From NCBI GenBank assembly GCA_963765205.1, contig CAVXVB010000005.1, forward strand, positions 480,001 through 544,000: a stretch of 64,000 nucleotides of DNA. Direction: 5' to 3'. Under the pieces are notes generated by a model. That model did no database searches and had not been told where the DNA came from. It saw only the letters and a program-made list of their open reading frames with translations. Below are positions 18,563 to 26,923 of the stretch, piece after piece. Position 1 is the first letter of the stretch; the number at the start of each line of letters is the position of its first letter. Source of the stretch: an uncultured Verrucomicrobiae bacterium (GTDB lineage: Bacteria; Verrucomicrobiota; Verrucomicrobiia; Opitutales; JABDGR01). Made by a program: the position numbers and the translations under genes.

Positions 18563-20320
18563 ATGTCCTCCAAAACCCTCGTCATTAACTGCGGCGCCAG
18601 CCATGTGGCCGCCGCTGTTTTTTCTTACACCAACGGCAAGCTTACGTTGGAAGATTTGGACACGCGTGACCTCCGCTACGATGTCGCCAAGGAAGAAGCG
18701 TGGCTGCCCGCCGTCGCCGAGGGCCTGCGCGACCTGACCCGCGCGAACCCCAAGTTCAAAGGCAAAGCCACTTTTATTCTACCCGGCTACCAGCTCCTTA
18801 TCAAGCCCATCAAGATCCCGCATGTGGATCCCTCGAAGCGCACGCAGATCATAGCTTTCGAAGCCCAGAACAACATTCCCTTCCCGCTCACCGAGGCGGT
18901 CTGGGGCAGCCAGGTCATTGCCGATGACGGCATTGAAACCGAAGTCCTCCTCGCCGCCCAAAAGGCCGAGGCCGCCAACCGCTTTTGCGGCCTGATGTCC
19001 ACCATCGGTTTCGAGCCGGTGGCCCTCCAGCCCAGCTCGCTGCTCGATTTTAACGCTTACAAGCTTGTCCACGGCAACGACCTCGAGGACACCCTGGTCG
19101 TCAACATCGGCGCCCGCTCGACCAATCTCACGTTCATCAGTCCGGCCGGCATCTTCATCCGCAACGTCAGCCTGGGCGGCAATTCCCTGACCCAGATGGT
19201 GGCCGACGGCCTCGGCAAGCCCTTCCTGCAAGCGGAGGAACTCAAAGTCAACTTTTACACGGGGGAGACCCCCTTCCAGGCGGACGACCCCTCGGTCGCC
19301 CCGCTCCAAGCCAAGGCGCAGGATTTCATGAAGCGCCTCAGCCAGCAGATTACGCAGTCTATTATAGCTTACCGCCGCGCCAGCAACCGCGCCGCGCCGG
19401 CGCGCATCCTCCTGACCGGCCGCGGCAGCCTCCTGGCCGGCCTGCCCGAATACCTCAGCGAGATGCAAAAAGTCTCGGTGGACTATTTCAACCCCACGGC
19501 CGTCCTCGGCGTCGGCGCCCGTGTTAATCGCGGCATGTTGGGCCAGCTCTATTATCAAATTAGCGAAATCACGGGCGAAGCCGCGCGGCTGGCCAAGCCC
19601 GATGCCATGGGCGTCAACCTCCTTCCGCCCCTCATCCGCTCCCGCCTCGCGTTCCAACGCAAACAGCCCTTTCTCGTCCTGGCCGGCGTCTGCCTGGCCC
19701 TCGCCCCGTTGCCAATGCTTTACCGGCTCTACGCGCAAAAATCCACCATCCTGGCGGAAACGAAGGAATGGAAGAGCCGGTCGGACACCCTCGCTTCGAT
19801 GGCCAAACAGATTTCGACGGCTTCCGACCAAGCCGATGCCACGGCCAACCAAATCTCCCAGTATCAGAATCTGTATGAATCCCGCTTTAACTGGATCACT
19901 TTCTTCACCGACCTCCAAAAGGCGCTCGTAGACACGAAGGACGTTTGGATTGATAATCTTTCCGTGGACCGGGAAATTCCGCTGGCGGTTCCCATCCTCA
20001 GCCGCCCAACCCGGGGACGGGCCGCGGGCACGGCCGCCGCCGGTTCGCCGGATGCCGCCACGCCGCCCCCGCCCGCCGCCGTTTACAAAATTGACATCCA
20101 AGGCCGCATGTTGCTCCGCGATGTGGATCCGGACGCCAGGGTCGCCCGCTTCAGCCAGGTGGGGGCGCAGGCGAGCATCAAGAAACTCATGGAAGCCTGC
20201 GCCAGTATTCCCTTTGTCAAGGCGGTGCCTCCGGAAAGCTTCAAATCCGACTTCCTCACTGACCGCCGCATTGTCGGTTTCGAGTTCACGCTGGTTATCA
20301 ATCCCCAAAACCCCCTTTAG
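18563..20320 (+). CDS. PilM-like actin-fold protein fused to a PilN-like C-terminus (Amuc_1101-like)
   Basis: INCGASH, IAFEAQNNIPFPL, VVNIGARSTNL, LLTGRGS, then VNLLPP + TM + coiled coil. Confidence 0.85.
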   Translation: MSSKTLVINCGASHVAAAVFSYTNGKLTLEDLDTRDLRYDVAKEEAWLPAVAEGLRDLTRANPKFKGKATFILPGYQLLIKPIKIPHVDPSKRTQIIAFEAQNNIPFPLTEAVWGSQVIADDGIETEVLLAAQKAEAANRFCGLMSTIGFEPVALQPSSLLDFNAYKLVHGNDLEDTLVVNIGARSTNLTFISPAGIFIRNVSLGGNSLTQMVADGLGKPFLQAEELKVNFYTGETPFQADDPSVAPLQAKAQDFMKRLSQQITQSIIAYRRASNRAAPARILLTGRGSLLAGLPEYLSEMQKVSVDYFNPTAVLGVGARVNRGMLGQLYYQISEITGEAARLAKPDAMGVNLLPPLIRSRLAFQRKQPFLVLAGVCLALAPLPMLYRLYAQKSTILAETKEWKSRSDTLASMAKQISTASDQADATANQISQYQNLYESRFNWITFFTDLQKALVDTKDVWIDNLSVDREIPLAVPILSRPTRGRAAGTAAAGSPDAATPPPPAAVYKIDIQGRMLLRDVDPDARVARFSQVGAQASIKKLMEACASIPFVKAVPPESFKSDFLTDRRIVGFEFTLVINPQNPL

Positions 20321-20372
20321 GCCGCATCCGGCTCCACTCCCTTTTCGCGCCCATCCCTAATTTTCCGCCCCC

Positions 20373-21371
20373 ATGGATTTCGTCAAACGATACCCGATTT
20401 TGACCGCGATTTTGGTCTTCTGCATTCTCGCGTTCGCCGGCGAGATGTTTTTCCTCCGCACCTTCAGCCGCAGCGTGGCCATCGCGGAGAGGGATCGCAG
20501 CACGGCCAAGCAGCGGGCGCAAGGCTCCCTGGGCGAGCAAATGGCCATCGCCCCCACCCCTGACAATCTGGCGGCCGCCCAGCAAAATGCCAATGACCTG
20601 AAGGCGGTTCTCGACACGGTCAAATCCACGTTGCAGGACACGCCGGACAAAATCACGGATGCGCCCGGCAGCGGCCCCGAGTTGCTGGTGGACATCCAGA
20701 GTTATGCTTCCGACCTGCAAGCCAAGGCCAAGGATAAAGACGTCGTGCTGCCCGACCCCGATTACACCTTTGGCATGGCCATGTATGTCGGCCGCGGCGT
20801 CTCCGCGCCCCCCGCCGATAAAATCACGGCCGTTTACACCCAGATGAAAGTGCTTCAGTATATCCTGAACCATCTCATGGATGACGCCAAGCTGCCCAAC
20901 CAGCCCATGAAACTCGTCTCGGTGCTCCGCGAAGATGTCACCGCCGTCAAGCGCACGGGCTTTGTGGCCGCCGCGACCGCCCAGACTGATGACGAGAAAA
21001 CAGAAATTTTCAGCATTGACCCCGCCGTTACCGCCCGCGTCCCCGGCTTTATTGACACGCTGGCCTTCCAAATCAAGTTCATCAGCTACACCGAATCCCT
21101 CCGGCTGCTCCTGCAAGACCTCAAGAATTTCGAGTTGCCCCTCGTGGTGCGCAGCATTGAGGTCGAACCGGCCACTGACGACCGCGCCGGCGCGACGCCC
21201 AACACCGGCAAGAAAAACGTGAGCGATGCCGCCAAGCCCGTGATCGCGGAGAATCTCTCGCAATTCACCCTCGTCATCGAGTATATTCAGTTGCCCACGC
21301 CCCCGGCTCCCGCCGATGCCGCCGGCATGGCCGCTCCCGCGACTACGGCCGCCCCCGCCGCCAGCAATTGA
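20373..21371 (+). CDS. Amuc_1100-like (PilO-like) pilus-system protein
   Basis: N-terminal TM, coiled coil, YTFGMAMY, FQIKFISYTESLR, LVVRSIEV; synteny. Confidence 0.7.
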   Translation: MDFVKRYPILTAILVFCILAFAGEMFFLRTFSRSVAIAERDRSTAKQRAQGSLGEQMAIAPTPDNLAAAQQNANDLKAVLDTVKSTLQDTPDKITDAPGSGPELLVDIQSYASDLQAKAKDKDVVLPDPDYTFGMAMYVGRGVSAPPADKITAVYTQMKVLQYILNHLMDDAKLPNQPMKLVSVLREDVTAVKRTGFVAAATAQTDDEKTEIFSIDPAVTARVPGFIDTLAFQIKFISYTESLRLLLQDLKNFELPLVVRSIEVEPATDDRAGATPNTGKKNVSDAAKPVIAENLSQFTLVIEYIQLPTPPAPADAAGMAAPATTAAPAASN

Positions 21372-21420
21372 TTTTCATTCCGCCCCCCAACTTTAACGCC
21401 ATCCCCAGCCATCGTCCGGC

Positions 21421-22524
21421 ATGAAAAATAATTACGACAAAATTCTCTTCCTCCTCGGGCTAATCATTCTAGTCATCGGGGCCGGCATCTTTTTCCAAAA
21501 AGGCGGCACGCCCAAGCCCTTGCACATTGCTCCCCCGCACCTCACCGGCGCCAGTTATACGCCCATTCCGGTGCCCGAAACAAAGCAACAGAATCCGCTT
21601 TGGGAGCAGCCGCCGGACCAGCGTGAGGATCTCAATGACCCCGGCTGGACCTATTCCATTTTCACCCCGCCCAAAATTTGGTGGGAAACCGGCAATGGCT
21701 GGATTGTCCAGCCCCCCGTGCCGGTCGGCCCGCCGCCGCCCTTTGGCGTGCATCTCGTCAAATCCGGCGAGGAGCTTTACCGCGTGCAGGTGCAAGGCGT
21801 CTCCGGCGCCGGCAACAAGGATGACATTATCAATTTCAGCGACGAGGATGACGGCAACGACTTCCAGCTTAAAGTCGGCGAGGAAAACACGCTCCACCAA
21901 ATCAAGGTGCTGGACATGACCATTCCCGACCAGCCCGATGTGTCGCACGGCGTCTGGAATAAAAACGCCACCGTCACGATCCTCGACGAACGCACCAACG
22001 AGACGCTCACGCTCACCCAGGGCGTCCTCTATTCTCCGACTGGCAACCGCTTTTGCATCCTCCAATTCGAGGAGCCCTTCGGCACCGACGAATGGAAAGT
22101 CTCCAAAGTTGGCGACAGCCAGGAATTCCCCGGCAGCACCATCAATCTCCCCGACCCGGTAAAATTCGTTGTGGACGCTATTGACTTCGATACCCCGACT
22201 GTTACGGTCGAACGTCAGACCAAAAATAAACGCCATCTGGACGTTCCCCCCACCATCCAAACCCTGGCCCTGCCGGACACCTCCACCCCCGCGCCCGTAG
22301 TGAGCGCAACCACCGCCCCCAAAACCCTGACCCACTCCTTCAGCACGCCCGCGTCGAAGCCGCCCGCCTCCAACTACGCGGCACCCCAGCCCATGCATGC
22401 CGCCAGCACGATCACGGTCAACAAGGTGCCCGCCGCGGCTTCGACCACCCCCAAAGCCGGCTCGGCCCAATCCATCGGTGTCAAACAAACCCCGGCGTCG
22501 AGTAGTGGTACCGGTAATAGATAA
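21421..22524 (+). CDS. Amuc_1099-like pilus-system protein
   Basis: MKNNYDKILFLLGL N-terminus, IFTPPKIW motif, Pro/Thr-rich tail; synteny. Confidence 0.65.
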   Translation: MKNNYDKILFLLGLIILVIGAGIFFQKGGTPKPLHIAPPHLTGASYTPIPVPETKQQNPLWEQPPDQREDLNDPGWTYSIFTPPKIWWETGNGWIVQPPVPVGPPPPFGVHLVKSGEELYRVQVQGVSGAGNKDDIINFSDEDDGNDFQLKVGEENTLHQIKVLDMTIPDQPDVSHGVWNKNATVTILDERTNETLTLTQGVLYSPTGNRFCILQFEEPFGTDEWKVSKVGDSQEFPGSTINLPDPVKFVVDAIDFDTPTVTVERQTKNKRHLDVPPTIQTLALPDTSTPAPVVSATTAPKTLTHSFSTPASKPPASNYAAPQPMHAASTITVNKVPAAASTTPKAGSAQSIGVKQTPASSSGTGNR

Positions 22525-22587
22525 CGCCATTCACCCCCTTTCCTCACCCCATCCCCTTCAACACCAGCTCCACGCTTGCACCCGCCT

Positions 22588-25500
22588 ATGAAGACGCATC
22601 GGAAATCCCGCCGCTCCACGACCAACGCTCTGGCCCTCGCCGCCGGTTTGCTGGCTGGCGCCCTCCTCCTCGCAACCCCTGTCCTGGCCCAGGCCGCCAA
22701 CCCCGTCGGTTCGGCCAGCGACAAGATCGGCTATTATACCGATGCCATCACCGCCGAACAAAGCGGTGATTACGCCAAAGCCAAAGACCTCCTGAACAAA
22801 ATCATTGCCATGGATCCGACCGATCCGGGCAACAAGGAAGTCGAGGCCCACATCGCCCTGCTCGACCAGGCGATGGCGGCCCAGACCAAAGGCAATCCCA
22901 CCCTCTTTGCCACCAATGGCGCCCCTGCCGCCGCCGCCGTGGCCCCCATCGTGGTAACGCAGTTGCCGGCGGACGCCGCCGCGCCCGCGCCCAGTACCGC
23001 CCCCATGGCCGCACCCATGGCCGCACCCGCGCCGGCCGCCGCGGTTGCGCCCACGGCGGAAGCCGCTGCCGCCATGAAAATCGCGGCGCAAAAACAACAA
23101 AACCAACTCACGGCCGCCCGCTCGGCGATTGCCGAAGCCCGCAGCCTCGAACAAGCCGGCCAGTTTGATGACGCCCGCGCCAAACTCGCCCAGGCCCAGC
23201 AGCAATTGCCCCCCGGCCTCGGCTCGCTCTATGTGGCGCAGGAAATTAACAGTGAAATTGCCAATTCCTATTACAACCAGGCGGTGGATCACTATAACAC
23301 CAAGGCCTACGCGGCGACCAAGGATGACCTGGCCAATTACCTCAAGGCCGGTGGCGACCCCGCCCGCGCCAAGTCCATGCAGGACAAGGTCACCAGCGCG
23401 ATCAACAACCCCATGCTGCAGGATGCCAACGTCGTGGCCCCGGGGTTTGAGTCCAAACAAGACATGATCAAGCAACTGCTCATCAAGGGCGAAGCCGAAT
23501 ACATCCTCGGCGACTTTACGGACGCCATGCAGACGTTTGACACCGTCATCACCAACGACCCGGACAACATACCCGCGCAGGCCTACGAAAAGAAAATCAA
23601 CCAAGTGCTGTTCGACAAGTCCTCCATCAGCCATGATACGACCCGCGCCCAATTCCTCAAGGAAGTCAATGACGACTGGCGCCTGCCCAGCGTTTACACC
23701 GGCACGGAAAATGGCAATACGGGGAACGTGACTATTTCGCCCGACATGAAAAAACTCGGCGAAATCGTCGTGCCCCTGGTGGACATTGACATCCCCACCC
23801 CGCTGGACGAAGTGGTCAACACATTCAGCATGCTCTCCCAGAAATATGACAAGGACGGCAAAGGCCTGACTTTCCACGTCACGCCTCCGCCCAATGGTGA
23901 GGCGATGCCCAAGGTCAAATTGCAAAATTTGCGCGACCAGTCGTTGGAACGCCTCCTCGAATTGGCCTGCCGCGACGTCAATTTCGGCTATTTTGACGAC
24001 AATGGCATCATCGAAGTCAGCCAAGGCTCCAGCAGCGCCATGGGCATGACGGGGCAATTTGAAACGAAGTCCTTCCCCATGACCGAGAGCACGCAGACCC
24101 GCCTGCTCGGTTACACCAGTGGCACGGGCGATACTTCCGGCGGGGCCTCGAGCACCCCGTTCTCCGATTCCTCCAGCGGCGGTTCGAGCAACAGCACCGC
24201 GGGCAGCAGCACCTCTTCCGACTCCGGCAGTTCCGCCCCCGCCCCCAGCGATGTGGAGCAGCGCCTCAGCGACTTCTTCCAGCGCGCCGGCATTGACTTC
24301 CCCCCCGGGGCCCGCATCGCCTACACCCCCGGCGAAATTTATGTGACCAACACGCCCAAGAACCTGGAGATGCTGGGCAACTTCCTCAAGAAGTATAGCT
24401 CGGTCAAGCAGGCGGAAATTGAAGCCCGCTTCCTTGATGTCAGCGAGGGCGACCTCGAGCAATTTGGCACCAATTGGAACGTGGCCAGCCCCACCGGGAA
24501 CACCCAACTCTTCCAAACCAGCTCTGTGGGTGGCGGCAATGCCAGCCTGCGCAACATTGGCGCCGCCTTCCCCCTGGGCAATACCGGCGCCCAGCCCACG
24601 ATTGTGACCGGTCTTTCCACCAGTACGGAAGTCACCACAGACACACTCGAATCCGTGGGCAACACGACGGGATTGGTTGAGTCTACCGGCAATGTCACCA
24701 CCCCTCTGCCCAATCTGACCATCCCGCAAGCCATTCCCACGCTGCCCAATCAAATCAACGTCGGCGGCCAAGCCTCGAATTTGTTCCAAGGCGTCCTGGG
24801 TTATGTCGAAGGCTACAAGCTTAACTTCATCCTCTCGGCCCTGTCCCAGAAGCAAGGCAATGACTTGATGAGCGCGCCCAAAATCGTCTGCATGACCGAG
24901 CATGACGCCAACATCACCATCGCGCAGCAATTGTCCTATCCCGAAACCTTCTCGCCGATTCAGTCGCAAGTCAGCCCGGCCAGCGGCTCCGGCGGCACGG
25001 CCAGCGGCTCCGGCGGTGTGACCATCACGGCCGGCACGCCCAACGGTTTCGTGACGGCCAACATCGGTGTCACCATGAGCGTGGTGCCCAAGATTTATGA
25101 GGACGACACCATCGAGTTGAGCCTCTCCCCGGTGGTGACCGAGTTCGAGGGCTTTATCGAATACGGCGGCACCTCCCTCGCCATTCAGGCCGGCACCACC
25201 GCCAGCGTCCCCTCCGGCTTTATCCAACCCATCTTCGACGTGCGCCAAATCAACACCAACGTCACCATCTTTGACGGCGCCACGGTGGTTCTCGGCGGGC
25301 TGACCCGCGACCAGGTCGAGACCGTGGACGACAAGGTGCCAATCCTGGGCGACCTTCCCCTCGTCGGCCGCCTCTTCCAATCCAAAGGTGAAACTTCGCA
25401 GAAGCGCAACCTGATGATCTTCGTCACGGCCAACATTATATCGCCCGGGGGCGCCCCCGCCAACCAGTCCATCGCCAATATCACGCCTGGCGCGGTCTTC

Positions 25501-25590
25501 CAGAACCCGACCATCGTCACGCCACGGGGTGACGTTCCGCGCGTGCCGGAGAATGCCTTGGGCGCGCCTGCCGCCAACGCGGCCCCCTAG
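22588..25590 (+). CDS. Secretin (PilQ/GspD family) with TPR-like N-terminus (Amuc_1098-like)
   Basis: QAEIEARF, LMSAPKI, IGVTMSVVP, DGATVVLGGL, DKVPILGDLPLVGRLFQS, NLMIFVT. Confidence 0.92.
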   Translation: MKTHRKSRRSTTNALALAAGLLAGALLLATPVLAQAANPVGSASDKIGYYTDAITAEQSGDYAKAKDLLNKIIAMDPTDPGNKEVEAHIALLDQAMAAQTKGNPTLFATNGAPAAAAVAPIVVTQLPADAAAPAPSTAPMAAPMAAPAPAAAVAPTAEAAAAMKIAAQKQQNQLTAARSAIAEARSLEQAGQFDDARAKLAQAQQQLPPGLGSLYVAQEINSEIANSYYNQAVDHYNTKAYAATKDDLANYLKAGGDPARAKSMQDKVTSAINNPMLQDANVVAPGFESKQDMIKQLLIKGEAEYILGDFTDAMQTFDTVITNDPDNIPAQAYEKKINQVLFDKSSISHDTTRAQFLKEVNDDWRLPSVYTGTENGNTGNVTISPDMKKLGEIVVPLVDIDIPTPLDEVVNTFSMLSQKYDKDGKGLTFHVTPPPNGEAMPKVKLQNLRDQSLERLLELACRDVNFGYFDDNGIIEVSQGSSSAMGMTGQFETKSFPMTESTQTRLLGYTSGTGDTSGGASSTPFSDSSSGGSSNSTAGSSTSSDSGSSAPAPSDVEQRLSDFFQRAGIDFPPGARIAYTPGEIYVTNTPKNLEMLGNFLKKYSSVKQAEIEARFLDVSEGDLEQFGTNWNVASPTGNTQLFQTSSVGGGNASLRNIGAAFPLGNTGAQPTIVTGLSTSTEVTTDTLESVGNTTGLVESTGNVTTPLPNLTIPQAIPTLPNQINVGGQASNLFQGVLGYVEGYKLNFILSALSQKQGNDLMSAPKIVCMTEHDANITIAQQLSYPETFSPIQSQVSPASGSGGTASGSGGVTITAGTPNGFVTANIGVTMSVVPKIYEDDTIELSLSPVVTEFEGFIEYGGTSLAIQAGTTASVPSGFIQPIFDVRQINTNVTIFDGATVVLGGLTRDQVETVDDKVPILGDLPLVGRLFQSKGETSQKRNLMIFVTANIISPGGAPANQSIANITPGAVFQNPTIVTPRGDVPRVPENALGAPAANAAP

Positions 25591-25943
25591 GTTGTGTTCT
25601 AAAATTGGCTTGATCCGTAGCGCGGAGGCCACTCCCTCTTTTTCCCACTTGACCTTAGTGATTGATATAAGGCCATTTGCGAAAGAATGGAGAGTTTTGC
25701 GGATACCGATGGGCCAGTGAGTGGGAACGAACCAAAGACCACTCTTAAGCCCGTTCCGACCCGAAATATACGTGTTCCGAACCTAAAAATCGAGCCAAGT
25801 TTCATCGTTCACCACCCGCAAACCGGGGTGGCTAACGGTTGCCTAAGAAGCCCCAGCAATGCTGCCTAATTGAGTCAGAGGCACCCTATTGGAGTGTGGA
25901 AAAAAGGCCTTGCAAGCGGCAGTTCCTGGTGGCACAGTGTCTA

Positions 25944-25997
25944 GAGCGACCAGTTGGGCCGGTTTCATACCGACCCGGGTTTATCCCCTGGCCGCTC
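25944..25997 (-). ncRNA. Structured RNA overlapping the 3' end of the DUF3800 gene (DUF3800-RNA-motif-like three-way junction)
   Basis: GAGCGGCCAG / CUGGUCGCUC outer stem encloses hairpins GGG-AUAAA-CCC and GGGUCGGU-AUGAA-ACCGGCCC; preceded by an A-run. Confidence 0.65.
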
Positions 25998-26762
25998 CTT
26001 TTTTTGTTGGGAAACCAACCAGTCGATAGTGTCCTTATAGGCTTCGTTGCCGCGATAAATGAGCGGCTCGATTAAGCTAACGCCGCCATCGTCAATCGGT
26101 CTTGAGGGGAAGCCAGCCTTGGCTTCCTCTTTTTTACGCGCACTGTAAACGCACAGGTCGCATAGTTGAATTAGCAAGCTTGATGCCGAATCGATAAAGA
26201 AGCCTTTTTCGATGATCTGTCCAAGTTTCAGCGTTCCTTCCGCGCCCCGGAGAAGTTTGATGGCTTTCTCAACGTCGCCAATAATTTCCCGGTTGTCATC
26301 CGCAATAAAAATACCCAATGGCGACCCAGGCAAAGCCTTGAGATATTCATCCACGACCCGGGCAACCAGAGGAAAAGCAGCAACATGCGGATTGATAATC
26401 ACGCCGGAGCCGAACGTGCTTTGAATCCAACCTTGAAAACGCTTTTTGCTGATTGCCCGATAAATGAGTTTGAGGCCATGCTTTTGAGCGACTTTCAAGC
26501 ATTCGTCACGAAAAGCCAAACGATGACTTACCGGGAAACTGCGGAAGTGCCCCTCGCCATTGCGCAAGCCTTTAGCATGAATTTCAAAGCGATCCGGGCG
26601 AGGCGAAGGGAAATATTTTTCCACGATTCCCCCAAGCTCCTTCTCCATAGGCAGCCAAGTGGTTTCAGGAACGACCAAGGCAGCCAAAACGAAAACGGGT
26701 TGTGCCGCGTCGTTGAGGTTGTTTCCTGTCTGGCCTGATTCGTCAAAATAAACAAGGTGCAT
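25965..26762 (-). CDS. DUF3800 domain protein (predicted RNase H-like fold)
   Basis: MHLVYFDESG start, FEIHAK, IFIADD, SLLIQLCD (QxxD) motifs. Confidence 0.85.
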   Translation of the reverse strand: MHLVYFDESGQTGNNLNDAAQPVFVLAALVVPETTWLPMEKELGGIVEKYFPSPRPDRFEIHAKGLRNGEGHFRSFPVSHRLAFRDECLKVAQKHGLKLIYRAISKKRFQGWIQSTFGSGVIINPHVAAFPLVARVVDEYLKALPGSPLGIFIADDNREIIGDVEKAIKLLRGAEGTLKLGQIIEKGFFIDSASSLLIQLCDLCVYSARKKEEAKAGFPSRPIDDGGVSLIEPLIYRGNEAYKDTIDWLVSQQKKERPGDKPGSV

Positions 26763-26923
26763 GATAACGAGCAACAAGGGTGCAACGTCAGGCCATTTAA
26801 GTCCATGCCATACTTGCCGGAAGATAAATCTGCCTGGATCCGCCCTGATTTCAATTGATCAAAGAGAAACGGCGTGCTTAAAGTTCCATAGCGGCTAAGG
26901 AACTTGGACTGTCTTGGGCTAGA

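Noticed and set aside
22558..25632. 1024-aa minus-strand ORF and similar long antisense ORFs (e.g. 36609-38864, 18779-20308, 46506-47969)
   Set aside because: They are shadow frames of well-supported genes on the opposite strand in high-GC DNA, with no recognisable motifs.
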